Source of the DNA: a virus
IMG/VR virus record: IMGVR_UViG_3300025536_000011
Direction: 5' to 3' (one strand)
DNA: 64,000 nt
This document shows, piece by piece, positions 51,084 to 60,955 of the stretch. A program made the translations under genes and the position numbers. The notes beneath the pieces were generated by a model. That model was not told the DNA's origin, ran no database searches, and saw only the letters and a program-made list of their open reading frames with translations. Position 1 is the first letter of the stretch; each line of letters starts with the position of its first letter.

Positions 51084-51281
51084 ATGGATATTCATATTGA
51101 TAAAGCGTTTGTTAAAATTATAGAGCCGGTCGCCAGCCCACGAGGGCTTGATCCAGTCGCCTTTATTAAAAAGGCATGTTCTTTGACAATCTTTATCTAT
51201 AAAGAACTAGACAAAGGTAATGAAATCCTAATTAAAAATAAAGATGGTAAATTAGAAAAAGTGAACTTCTCTCAATCATGA
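51084..51281 (+). CDS. hypothetical protein
   Basis: ORF in run. Confidence 0.55.
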   Translation: MDIHIDKAFVKIIEPVASPRGLDPVAFIKKACSLTIFIYKELDKGNEILIKNKDGKLEKVNFSQS

Positions 51282-51463
51282 GCCGCCAAACTAAAGTACG
51301 CTGTAGTAATGTAACTTGCCTTGCGATCATCCATAAGGATGACGCAAAGTTCGTCGCCGAAGTTATTGATGGCCACGAAGTGGCCAACATCTATTGCCCA
51401 ATATGTTATAATAGCGAAGCTGTGAAACAGCGAGATATTAACAGAAACGAGCGAAGCGAGTAA
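51278..51463 (+). CDS. small Zn-finger protein
   Basis: CSNVTC..CPIC. Confidence 0.55.
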   Translation: MSRQTKVRCSNVTCLAIIHKDDAKFVAEVIDGHEVANIYCPICYNSEAVKQRDINRNERSE

Positions 51464-51822
51464 TGCATATTAATCGGATACAGCACCTATTAAATGACGC
51501 CTTGACAAAGCCCGAGAAACATGATAAGCTATCTGCGGTCTTAAGCAACTGGAAGAACCTTAAGCCCGAAATTAGAGGCCCTTTTACAAATTTGTATGCC
51601 CTCCCTATAGAGGAATACGCTTTTAAGGTTCGTGAGATAGACCCTGAAAATCTAATCGTGAATCTTAATAAAGAAATTGGAGCAATGCAAAAGGCACTTA
51701 TTGCGAAGCAATATAACGAAGATTCAGAAGATACTATCCTAGATATCTTAAAACAACTCTGTGAGTACAGGGAACAACTACGGACAAAACTCTTGAAAGG
51801 TGAGAAAGTCGAGCTAATATGA
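51463..51822 (+). CDS. hypothetical protein
   Basis: GAGCGAAGCGAG upstream. Confidence 0.6.
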   Translation: MHINRIQHLLNDALTKPEKHDKLSAVLSNWKNLKPEIRGPFTNLYALPIEEYAFKVREIDPENLIVNLNKEIGAMQKALIAKQYNEDSEDTILDILKQLCEYREQLRTKLLKGEKVELI

Positions 51823-52421
51823 GCGAACCGAATATTCTAAAGCCACAAGTACGCACTCGTTATAACGAGAAACTCGGGAAAACTATGAAGCACTCGGCAA
51901 CGTTTCGATTCAATATTAGCAATCTTAATGACATTGCCCGAGAATTCGGAGTAACAAAAACTAACGAGAAGGCCACCACCATTGTTAAAGGATGCCAGGC
52001 TGTCGGTAACGCCGATATTGCGGCTAAACTGATTGGTCGTCGATTCTTAGTTGATACTTCTGGCCGGGAACTCCCCGCGTGCGTTGGACACTTCGATGAT
52101 TTAACGGTCAGCATAGCCGATAGTTTTAGCCCGACTTATGATAACGAGCTATTCGAGACCGATCTTACCGGATCAGTTTTTGAAGCTATTAAATATAAAC
52201 TATTGCTGAAAGCAATCGCTCTTTATGGCAAGCTTCTGCACGCTAATGCTAAAGATGATAAACTTATGACATTCGAAGTTATGTCAGAGCCAGTCGGCGG
52301 CGGATTAATCGAAGCACTATTCCAGAGTGGCACTTCTGAAACTCCAATTGATATCTCACTTACAGAAATCACAAACTTTAAACTAATGGAGCAGGAAACA
52401 AATGAAGTTTCACCTTCGTAA
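51819..52421 (+). CDS. hypothetical protein upstream of AAA module 2
   Basis: coupled ORF. Confidence 0.65.
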   Translation: MSEPNILKPQVRTRYNEKLGKTMKHSATFRFNISNLNDIAREFGVTKTNEKATTIVKGCQAVGNADIAAKLIGRRFLVDTSGRELPACVGHFDDLTVSIADSFSPTYDNELFETDLTGSVFEAIKYKLLLKAIALYGKLLHANAKDDKLMTFEVMSEPVGGGLIEALFQSGTSETPIDISLTEITNFKLMEQETNEVSPS

Positions 52422-53742
52422 TTTTGTCCACGGGTATGACGAAATCGAGCCATGTATTTTTGCGGCTATTGCATTACGCCGTAATGTTTTCATGAGCGGG
52501 GCTCACGGTATTGGTAAGTCGAGCCTGGGTAAGCTTCTTGCCAAAGCAATCGACGAAACAGGTAATGGCTTCCGTTATTTCTCTGCCGATAAAGCAAATA
52601 TTATCACACTTGGAGGCTTGCCTGATATCGAAGCCACTAAAAAGTCTGGCACAATGGCTTTCGCCAAGACAGATAAATGTCTTTGGGGAGCCAAAATCAT
52701 CCTTGCGGACGAACTTCCGCGAGCAGACAAAGAGCGTCAGAATTATTGGCTTGAGATTTGCGAGGAAAAATCTTTTCAGGGTATCCCAATTGGCTATGAA
52801 ACTTTAATTGCCACTGGCAACGACGTTACTTATAAAGGCAATTTCGATATTGATGCGGCTCTTGCGAGTCGCTTCTTGTTCTGGCTGCCTACTCCTAAGT
52901 TTGATGATATTCAGTCCGAAGATGTCCGAGCAATGATTGCACTTAATATTGGTGATCGTAGAGATATGGCAAAGACGGCTCATGAGATTCGTGACCTTAT
53001 CCAATTAATGCGTGATAAGATTGCAGAATATTTCAAGAATGAAAAGTTAGTTGAGCAGACATCTACATTCATTGGCGTTTTCACTCAATGGATTAAAGAG
53101 AAGATTTCCTATAATAAGGAACTTGCTGAGAATCCTGAATCATATGTCTCTCCGCGAGAGTTCGCTAATCAGCTAATCCATGCTATCTTTGGGCTTAATG
53201 CTTATTATGATCTACATGGTTATGAGAATTCCCTGCAAGAAGCAGGAGCTAAAGCTATTAAGTACGTTATCGAAACTCGTCACGCTGCCGCTGGCGTAGA
53301 GTTTACTAATATTTGCAATATGGCCTGGAAGCAACTACAGGGAATGCTTTGTACGAAACTGGACACGCCCGAGGGCAATCTCAAGTGGCTCTTTGCCGCA
53401 AGTATTACTCCTAGCCAGAAGGTTAGTTTCTGGCGAGAGTATATTGGCGAAGCTGTAAAAGTCCTTGGTGCTGGAGACTTAACCTATATGACGGGCGAAA
53501 CTTTAAACCAGATCCGGGGCGACGATATCCAGCAAATTGGCCCGTTCTGGCACATTATGATGAAGGACGATAAGACAAAGCACATAGGTCGAGAGATCGA
53601 GGGCTTCCTGGTGAGCGAAATCGCACGCAAACTTCTCACCGGCAAAGCTGCTGGTCCTGGTAACGAAGAATTCACTCTTTATAACAAGTATGGTAATGTT
53701 GAAACGCTATCACCTAGCGAGGTAGCAGAAATCCTAAAATGA
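52402..53742 (+). CDS. MoxR/RavA-like AAA+ ATPase (module 2)
   Basis: GAHGIGKS, ILADELPR, IATGN, DAALASRF. Confidence 0.85.
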   Translation: MKFHLRNFVHGYDEIEPCIFAAIALRRNVFMSGAHGIGKSSLGKLLAKAIDETGNGFRYFSADKANIITLGGLPDIEATKKSGTMAFAKTDKCLWGAKIILADELPRADKERQNYWLEICEEKSFQGIPIGYETLIATGNDVTYKGNFDIDAALASRFLFWLPTPKFDDIQSEDVRAMIALNIGDRRDMAKTAHEIRDLIQLMRDKIAEYFKNEKLVEQTSTFIGVFTQWIKEKISYNKELAENPESYVSPREFANQLIHAIFGLNAYYDLHGYENSLQEAGAKAIKYVIETRHAAAGVEFTNICNMAWKQLQGMLCTKLDTPEGNLKWLFAASITPSQKVSFWREYIGEAVKVLGAGDLTYMTGETLNQIRGDDIQQIGPFWHIMMKDDKTKHIGREIEGFLVSEIARKLLTGKAAGPGNEEFTLYNKYGNVETLSPSEVAEILK

Positions 53743-55595
53743 GCGATCTTAGACAAAATATAAATTCTCCCTTCCCTGTATCATATGATGGCACCGCTGC
53801 CGTCAAGTGCGACAAGTGGGGCGTGCCCAACCCAAAGGGCCGTTGGATAACCTGGCAAGTTTTACTACCAGGAGACCCGTTCCCGGCAGTCAAGATTGCG
53901 AAGCTATTCGATCCGCACTCAAAGATTAAGCCGCTAGATTATGATGAAATGCGTAAGCTGGTTGACAATGAGCCGCGTTTTAATCCGAAGCTTTCTAAAT
54001 ATCGGGCTAAGATGCAAGCTAAAATTACTGCCATTTACGGTCGGTTAGGCATAGCTTATACCGATGCACTTAACTCTACTAATGTTTCCAAGGAAATTGA
54101 TACGGCGTGTTGGGGCGTTACTCACGATGGCAAAGAGTTTATCCTGATTAATCCTTACATGCTTATGTTCAAGCGGCAATGGGCGTCATTCTTGCTTCAA
54201 CATGAGTGTATGCATAAGGCGTTTTATCGTGGCCGCGAGAACATGTCGGACCAATTCCTTAAAAATATTGTGCTAGATATCTGCATTAATCGCATCCTGG
54301 CGGCAACACCATCAGGTAAACAGAGTACGTCTTGGCTTAAGTTTTGCGAATGGGTTTATCCTGCCGAGTCTAAGAAAACCGTGCTTGCACTTTGTAACGC
54401 TTCGCTCACGCGAAAAGAACTTAATACTCTTGAGCGTGTGAATCCCGCCTATGTAGTTATTTGGAAAGAAATCTATGAAAAAGAACAGGGGTTTATAAAC
54501 GTAGGCGTCGGCAAGAAAGGTAAGCCGAAGCGTCGTAAGATTGAGGGAATGCTTTCATTCAAAATCAAGGACTTGTCGCCGGACGATCTCTATTTCCGGC
54601 TCAAGCGTCAGCTTACCAAGGAAGATTTAGCGGCTATTAAGAGCCCACTCGAAGGCGGACTAAATCCTTTTGGTCAGCGTGTCAAGGGAATTAATATTGG
54701 CGGCGGTCACGAGATTAAACTTCGTGATGAGATTAACCATACTCCGCCAGAGCAGAGTAATCGTATGGAGAATGCCTTACGTAAAATACTTGTACCTAAA
54801 AGATTCCGTGGTATTGCGTGGCGTCAGTTTTCTGATTGTCGCACGGAATGGTGGGATAAACACCTTGTAGACCCAAAAGATATCCATGACGAGGATCTAG
54901 ATAAGTACGTGCGAAAGATCCGCACAAATAAGATCATGGATAATGTTGTTGGGCGTGTAACGGAGGCATTTAGAGCACAAATTGTTAATCAGATTTATCC
55001 GTATAACCTAAGCGAAGATGGGATTTTACTAGCGGCTCTCGGCTTCCATCCTCCGGTGTTTCCATTTTATCAGAATCTTAATGGCCCGGAAGGCAAACGT
55101 CGAGTCATCGTTATGTTTGATCTTTCGCCAAGCACTTATTATTTCTGGCCTTATATGGCTTACATGACAGATGCCTTTGAAAATTGTATGGATATCACTT
55201 TCGCCAGAAACGCAAAGGGCGATCCCGGCGTCATGACTTTTGCTGGCAGTATTAAGATACTATCACGCGAGGAGTTAAATGCGATGAAGCGTGGTGAATT
55301 ACAAGTCGGCTATTCAACGTGCTTTGATTCAGTAATCGAATACTGCAACGCAGAAGTCAAAACAAGAGACGTGGATACACTTATTATATTTACCGACGGT
55401 GAATCAGATTTATCAGATGCTAACGCGGACGAATTTAATCGTTCGGGCAAGAAGGCGTTTCGAATTTATCTTAATTTGGATGATAAATGCAATCCTAATC
55501 GTAACAAGCCGATTACATCGGCTTTGGACAAGTTAAACGGTACGAGCTACACACTCCTATTAAGACGGTCGGACGCCTTGACAGCACCGACATGA
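53739..55595 (+). CDS. HExxH metallopeptidase-like plus vWA domain protein (module 2)
   Basis: HECMH..NIVLDICIN; FDLSPS, YSTCF, IFTDGE. Confidence 0.75.
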   Translation: MSDLRQNINSPFPVSYDGTAAVKCDKWGVPNPKGRWITWQVLLPGDPFPAVKIAKLFDPHSKIKPLDYDEMRKLVDNEPRFNPKLSKYRAKMQAKITAIYGRLGIAYTDALNSTNVSKEIDTACWGVTHDGKEFILINPYMLMFKRQWASFLLQHECMHKAFYRGRENMSDQFLKNIVLDICINRILAATPSGKQSTSWLKFCEWVYPAESKKTVLALCNASLTRKELNTLERVNPAYVVIWKEIYEKEQGFINVGVGKKGKPKRRKIEGMLSFKIKDLSPDDLYFRLKRQLTKEDLAAIKSPLEGGLNPFGQRVKGINIGGGHEIKLRDEINHTPPEQSNRMENALRKILVPKRFRGIAWRQFSDCRTEWWDKHLVDPKDIHDEDLDKYVRKIRTNKIMDNVVGRVTEAFRAQIVNQIYPYNLSEDGILLAALGFHPPVFPFYQNLNGPEGKRRVIVMFDLSPSTYYFWPYMAYMTDAFENCMDITFARNAKGDPGVMTFAGSIKILSREELNAMKRGELQVGYSTCFDSVIEYCNAEVKTRDVDTLIIFTDGESDLSDANADEFNRSGKKAFRIYLNLDDKCNPNRNKPITSALDKLNGTSYTLLLRRSDALTAPT

Positions 55596-55631
55596 CATGA
55601 TATACTGCCTATCGGCAGTAAGAAAGAGAAC

Positions 55632-55916
55632 ATGACTAAGAAAATAAAAGGATTTGATAGACTTGAAGTTGGAAAATATTTTCCTTGGTATGACGACGAT
55701 TCTGGACAATGGGTTGTAAGCTTAAGCATTGATGATAAAATATATGCAGAGGTTGCTCGTACAGATGATGAAGCTGTAGCAAGTGCGATAGCCATTGGAC
55801 TTATTTTATTCAGAAAATACCGCGATCTTGTTCAATTAACTGCCGACCTAAATATAGATGATTCTTTTAATGTTGAAGATGGACATAGACTTTTCGCAGA
55901 AGAAGATGTAGAATAA
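55632..55916 (+). CDS. hypothetical protein
   Basis: ORF in run. Confidence 0.55.
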   Translation: MTKKIKGFDRLEVGKYFPWYDDDSGQWVVSLSIDDKIYAEVARTDDEAVASAIAIGLILFRKYRDLVQLTADLNIDDSFNVEDGHRLFAEEDVE

Positions 55917-56161
55917 TGTGCCAAGGATTCAGCATAAAAATTAATGATGAGCCAGCACAAGAGATTGCTACGATTGGTCAATTAAGAGCATTAATTGTTA
56001 ATCATTACGACAATTTGGGCCTAGAAGATACACTAGAAGATCAGCATTATCGACCAGAAGATCATCATTGTCTTTGTTGTATTGACCTCCTAACGATTTG
56101 TGGAGCAATAGTTAATTATCATATTGGCTGTATGGATAAAATCGTCATTTCGGGTATGTGA
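55916..56161 (+). CDS. hypothetical protein
   Basis: coupled ORF; HCLCCID. Confidence 0.5.
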   Translation: MCQGFSIKINDEPAQEIATIGQLRALIVNHYDNLGLEDTLEDQHYRPEDHHCLCCIDLLTICGAIVNYHIGCMDKIVISGM

Positions 56162-56172
56162 GCGAAGCGAAC

Positions 56173-57198
56173 ATGAAAGATTACACGCTTTTTAATGCAG
56201 TTAAAAAAGAAGTAGCAGAAGGCCGAGTACGCGAGAGCATACTGGGAGACCTAAGACTATTTAAGTATACCGAGACTTGTGCTAATGATAGAGTCTGGAA
56301 TGACTGTAATAAAAAGTGTCGCGGGCTGATTATGAAGGAAGATGGCACGATAATTGCACGTCCGTTTTCCAAGTTCTTTAATTTGCAAGAAATGCCAGAA
56401 ACCCAGGTGGATAATCTGCCGACAGGCAGTTATGAGATAGCTGAGAAGCTAGACGGCTCGTGCCTAACCCTATTTTATTACGATGGTAAGTGGCAAGGTG
56501 CGACCCCAGGCTCATTTGTTTCGGAGCAAGCTATTGTCGGCACTAAGATGCTTGAAAATTATAATTTGGAGCATATGCCAAAAAACGTAACCCCGGTTCT
56601 GGAATGCATATATCCGGCCAACAGGATAGTTGTCTCGTATGCAAATGAGCATAAATTAGTATTGCTTGCAATCAATGAGCTAAATGGCGAGGAATGGCAT
56701 TCTGATAGAGTGGACCAAATAGCTGAAAAATGTGGCTTTCCAAGGCCCATTCGTTATAACTATAGTTCTCTCTTGGACTTACCATTTCCAGACAATTTCG
56801 AGGGTTATGTAGTTAAATTTGAGAATGGACTAAGGGTTAAAATTAAGAGCCCGCTTTATGTTAAAATTCACAGGCTCTTAAATTATATGACCCCTAAGAA
56901 TGTTATTGAATTAATGCGTGGTCGGGAATACCGTGCCACGCTAGAGCAATTGCCGACTGATTTACAGGCGGCAATGGACGACATCAGGGCAGCCGTACAG
57001 ACGGCCCATTATAATCATATGGCGGCTATCACTGCCATTTTTAATGCGGCTCCTGTAGGCGAACGTAAGGCTTTTGCGTTATGGGCTAAAGCCCATGCAC
57101 CAGTTAAGTATCTCGGAGCCCTATTTTCGTTACTCGATGGCAAAGACATCGAGGATTTTGTTTGGAAAATTGTTTTAGAGGAGATTAAAAATGAATAA
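56173..57198 (+). CDS. RNA ligase 1 (T4 Rnl1-like)
   Basis: CRGLI..IARPFSKFFN..EKLDGS..ATPGSF..ECIYP.NRIVV.Y..EGYVV..VKIKS..Y. Confidence 0.9.
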   Translation: MKDYTLFNAVKKEVAEGRVRESILGDLRLFKYTETCANDRVWNDCNKKCRGLIMKEDGTIIARPFSKFFNLQEMPETQVDNLPTGSYEIAEKLDGSCLTLFYYDGKWQGATPGSFVSEQAIVGTKMLENYNLEHMPKNVTPVLECIYPANRIVVSYANEHKLVLLAINELNGEEWHSDRVDQIAEKCGFPRPIRYNYSSLLDLPFPDNFEGYVVKFENGLRVKIKSPLYVKIHRLLNYMTPKNVIELMRGREYRATLEQLPTDLQAAMDDIRAAVQTAHYNHMAAITAIFNAAPVGERKAFALWAKAHAPVKYLGALFSLLDGKDIEDFVWKIVLEEIKNE

Positions 57199-57529
57199 AA
57201 AAAGAGTATTCGCTAAAAGTATTAATATAAGTTTTGATTCGCAATATCAAGAACCATTTAAAAATTATGTATCTAGAATTAAAGCTATGTTAGATGAGAC
57301 GCTTACTAAGGTAAGCGAAGATGCGACCATCTGTTCAGAAACGCCAGGATATGATTGTCCCACAGAATATATTATTACTTTATGTAGAGATGAAACTCTA
57401 AAAGAACAAAAAACCCGAGAAAAGGAAGAAGCGGAGCATATTGCACGTCAGCTTGCTGACAAGAAGTTAGACGAAAAGGCAGAGCGAGCACTTTATAATA
57501 AGCTAAAGAAGAAGTATGAAAATGATTAA
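57191..57529 (+). CDS. hypothetical protein
   Basis: coupled ORF. Confidence 0.6.
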   Translation: MNKKRVFAKSINISFDSQYQEPFKNYVSRIKAMLDETLTKVSEDATICSETPGYDCPTEYIITLCRDETLKEQKTREKEEAEHIARQLADKKLDEKAERALYNKLKKKYEND

Positions 57530-57794
57530 TTGCAAAGTAATCGAAGATATTTTAATCGACGAAGATCCAGAACGCCTCATTGCAATGGGGTGCCCAAAAA
57601 ACGAATATTCACTTGAAGCTCAGATAATTTACGATATGTTAAATGGTGACGATGCAGATTGGCACATTGATGCTATACGTTTTGTTGTTGCTGCCGTATT
57701 CCAGCAGACGTTCGGTAGTAGTGTTAAATTACGTTGGAACCACGATAACAAAGCTATCATAAACATAGCGGAGCGAATATATGCAATTATATGA
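57516..57794 (+). CDS. hypothetical protein (DUF1871-like)
   Basis: DP..L...G.P..EYSLEA..I. Confidence 0.55.
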   Translation: MKMINCKVIEDILIDEDPERLIAMGCPKNEYSLEAQIIYDMLNGDDADWHIDAIRFVVAAVFQQTFGSSVKLRWNHDNKAIINIAERIYAII

Positions 57795-58137
57795 ACTAGA
57801 ACCCGGATCACTTTTTAGGTTTACCAGAGAAATAGAAACCTTTACTCCTGACGAAATATTATATAAATCTTCTAAAGAATCTTTCCAAGACCTGTATCTG
57901 GAGCATGATTGGTGGATAGATTGCAAATGGCACCTGGGCCAAGAAGAGGTTATTTTAGTAGGTGAGCAAGTCATGATAGAACACGCTCCGCAGGGTACCC
58001 TGCGGAGCTACTTAAAAGATATGACCTCTGAAATGAAGAATTTAATAGAAGAATTCGGGTTAGATGCAGAAATTATAGAACTCGGCGGCGATTACGATTC
58101 GCCGCCGAGTTATTGTGTGAGGAAATATTATGAATAG
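57781..58137 (+). CDS. hypothetical protein
   Basis: coupled ORF. Confidence 0.55.
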   Translation: MQLYELEPGSLFRFTREIETFTPDEILYKSSKESFQDLYLEHDWWIDCKWHLGQEEVILVGEQVMIEHAPQGTLRSYLKDMTSEMKNLIEEFGLDAEIIELGGDYDSPPSYCVRKYYE

Positions 58138-58327
58138 CATTCTTACCTCATTTGTTTGTGCTGCGATTATTATGTATTCATTTGCCATGCTATTTAACTA
58201 CAAGACAAAACTTTGGTGGGCTCGTCTTATTATAATTATAGGTATGGGACTTTTAAATTATATTGTTTGGAGTGCATTTTATTTATGGATAGAAAATCAC
58301 CAGTCTTGGAACGGGCTAGGTTTTTAA
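58130..58327 (+). CDS. small membrane protein
   Basis: two hydrophobic helices. Confidence 0.5.
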   Translation: MNSILTSFVCAAIIMYSFAMLFNYKTKLWWARLIIIIGMGLLNYIVWSAFYLWIENHQSWNGLGF

Positions 58328-58474
58328 TTTTAAATGGCTCCCTTATGGCCGAATTATGGATACTTCTGGAAAATGAATTTGGCCACTTGACATCACCCGA
58401 AAGAGAAGCTATAATGGATATGTATTGCCAGGAGCAAATGCTACAGACTTATTTAAGTGCGAGGACACCGAGCA

Positions 58475-58804
58475 ATGAAACTTTGTGATGTAAAAGTCGG
58501 ACAAGTATTTAGAGAAATATTCTCTGGTAAGGCTCAAAATAATCGTATGTGGTTCCGTACTAACGATTTTTATGGATTGCCAGTTTATGCACAAGTAGAT
58601 GGTACAGATTGTGTATTAGAAATTAATAATGATCCCACATTATATAAAGAACAGGAAGTAGAAATTGTGGTTTTCCCATGTTCAATATGCAAGGGCAAGG
58701 GCCGATATGCCTTATTTAGTGGCAATCATTACTGTAGTTGTTTGATAGGTCAAGCGTTAAATGGTACTTATAAAATGGATAGATTACATGTGCCGACTGG
58801 TTAA
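58475..58804 (+). CDS. hypothetical protein with C-terminal Zn finger
   Basis: CSICKGKG..CSC. Confidence 0.6.
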   Translation: MKLCDVKVGQVFREIFSGKAQNNRMWFRTNDFYGLPVYAQVDGTDCVLEINNDPTLYKEQEVEIVVFPCSICKGKGRYALFSGNHYCSCLIGQALNGTYKMDRLHVPTG

Positions 58805-58994
58805 TAAAGCATGGTCCGGTTATGTTGCTCGCATAGAAACTATTGCTGGCAAGCAATATGTGATTTTGGAGCTATATGCCGTCGCAGACAGCGAAGGCTA
58901 TCAGGAACTTCCGGTCCCATTAAATTGGTTTGAGCAGGAGCCGACTATTGGCGAAGCTGTAACTTATACGCACTCCATAGAAAGTGAAGGATAA

Positions 58995-60044
58995 ATGAAC
59001 CTTACTAATCGCCAAAAGGCGATCATAGTCGGCCTCCTGGTCGGAGGCCGTGGAAAAATACAATGTGCTTTCGCTGATAAAGCTTATTATTTTGCCAACG
59101 GGATTGGCGAATACTTGCCAGACCTATATTTCGATGCTTGGCTTGGCCAAGAATTAGCTGGCGTCCAATGGGACGCCAAGGAAGTACAGGGCTGGCTCGC
59201 AGAAGCTTGGTATCAATTCTATGCACAAATAGATAGTAATGACGCAAAGTCTCTTAGAGCCGATGACGAGCCGATGCCGCCGACCGAATGGATTAATAAG
59301 ATGTCGCCACTAGCCTTAGCGGTGGCATATAAATGTTCGGCTATTAAGCCAAACCAGATGGTTGTTGAGCAATTCGGTGACGAATATTATGCCACTATTC
59401 TAGTGGATAGCATAAAAACTAAGTGGGGTATTACCCTGCAAAATAATGACGGAGTGATAACTCCGGCATCCGAAGATGATATGATTAACTGGTGGTTGCT
59501 TTTACGCAAGCACCTATTCGTCTTTGCTCCAAACTTAATTCCTCCTCTTGAGGCAAAGTATCGCAGGAATGGCAAGCAAATCTATCTCTCAGGGCCGCAA
59601 CAGTTTGCAAAAGATGGTGGCCTTGGATGGCGAGTAAAAGTCAGTCCAGAGCTATTTAAAGCTGGTTTTCATCCTTATTCCCCGCCCTATGAAGAGGGTA
59701 AAGCTAGTGATCTTTTTGGAGTAAACTTTAAACAGTTAAAAGAAGAAGAATTTGAAAGATTCTGTGAATTAGGAAGTCACTTTGTTACTAAAGATAGATC
59801 GGCAGTGCTTGAAAGTGATATAATTTTAGCATACTATGATCCAAGAATACTTTCTGCTGGCACGATTAGTGAGATTACTTGGACTCACGACTTTAATAAA
59901 GAAGTATTTCTAGTAATACCAGACGATGTTAAAATGCAAGATATTCCTCTGTGGATTTTAGGTTCGGTGCGTAATCCTCACAGAATATACAATTGCTTTG
60001 AAAAAGCAACAAAAGATATTATTGGAATTTTTGGAGAAAGATAA
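58995..60044 (+). CDS. degenerate LAGLIDADG-like domain fused to a nucleoside 2-deoxyribosyltransferase-like domain
   Basis: LTNRQKAIIVGLLVGG and MSPLALAVAY; IYLSGP..GWR..SDIILAY..SAGTISEI. Confidence 0.6.
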   Translation: MNLTNRQKAIIVGLLVGGRGKIQCAFADKAYYFANGIGEYLPDLYFDAWLGQELAGVQWDAKEVQGWLAEAWYQFYAQIDSNDAKSLRADDEPMPPTEWINKMSPLALAVAYKCSAIKPNQMVVEQFGDEYYATILVDSIKTKWGITLQNNDGVITPASEDDMINWWLLLRKHLFVFAPNLIPPLEAKYRRNGKQIYLSGPQQFAKDGGLGWRVKVSPELFKAGFHPYSPPYEEGKASDLFGVNFKQLKEEEFERFCELGSHFVTKDRSAVLESDIILAYYDPRILSAGTISEITWTHDFNKEVFLVIPDDVKMQDIPLWILGSVRNPHRIYNCFEKATKDIIGIFGER

Positions 60045-60310
60045 TGAAAAAACTAATTGCTTTCGCAATGCTCTTGCTGGCTTTAGCCAGTTGTAACTAT
60101 CCAGCCCTTGAAGGCACTGTAAAAGTTTATAAAAACGAAACCCTGGTAGACGAGTCTACAATAAAAACTGACCAAGTGATTATACAGCCGGACAATAATA
60201 GTGTTAGTTGGTGGGACGCAAATGGCGAACTTCATATAGTAAAACCGGCCAATAATTACAGATTTATTATAGAACTTAAGGGGGAAAAGTATGAGCCAGA
60301 AAAAGACTAA
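60044..60310 (+). CDS. lipoprotein
   Basis: lipobox LASC. Confidence 0.7.
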   Translation: MKKLIAFAMLLLALASCNYPALEGTVKVYKNETLVDESTIKTDQVIIQPDNNSVSWWDANGELHIVKPANNYRFIIELKGEKYEPEKD

Positions 60311-60929
60311 GTTTATTGCCCTTGCAGGGCATAAGCAAACGGGCAAGGACGAATCTGCCAAAATACTTACTCGGCTACTCGCTGAGCGTGGCTTAACAAG
60401 CCGAGTTACTTATTTCGCTACCCCGTTAAAAGAATTCTGTATCGCGGTACTAGGATTGCCCCGCGACAAAGTATATGGGAGTGATGCTGATAAGAGTGAA
60501 CTTTCCTTTATTCAATGGGATAAGTTACCTCATATGCTTAAACTTAAATATCATCCAAGTAATATGGCGTCCGAGACCAAAAGCCACTATCGGGAAGGAT
60601 ATATGAGTATTAGGGAAGTTCTCCAAATAGTCGGTACAGATATAGTTCGAGAAATGTTATGGAGTGATGCCTGGTCCAGCTACCCGTTTCGTCAGAAATG
60701 GGCAGAGGACGTTATTTTAATTCCCGATTGCAGATTCGAGAACGAAGTTGATGAAGTTTTAAAGGCTGGTGGTACAATTCTAAGATTAGAGCGTAATACA
60801 GGACTCACAGACAATCACGCTAGCGAGCTAGCGTTGGACAATTATAACTTCGATTTTAAATACGAGAATAATGGCTCGATAGCAGAGCTAGAGAGCTATT
60901 TGAAAGGCTTTTTAAATGCAATTCTGTAA
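60291..60929 (+). CDS. deoxynucleoside monophosphate kinase
   Basis: IALAGHKQTGKD..FA.PLK..RE.LQ..GT..R..IPDCRF.NE..NHASE. Confidence 0.88.
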   Translation: MSQKKTKFIALAGHKQTGKDESAKILTRLLAERGLTSRVTYFATPLKEFCIAVLGLPRDKVYGSDADKSELSFIQWDKLPHMLKLKYHPSNMASETKSHYREGYMSIREVLQIVGTDIVREMLWSDAWSSYPFRQKWAEDVILIPDCRFENEVDEVLKAGGTILRLERNTGLTDNHASELALDNYNFDFKYENNGSIAELESYLKGFLNAIL

Positions 60930-60955
60930 TCTAAAAATGGAGCGGAGCAATTATA

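Noticed and set aside
7515-51100. Theta (HDV-like) ribozymes in tRNA 3' trailers
   Set aside because: Trailers after the six tRNAs are short AT- or T-rich sequences with no nested double pseudoknot visible by eye.
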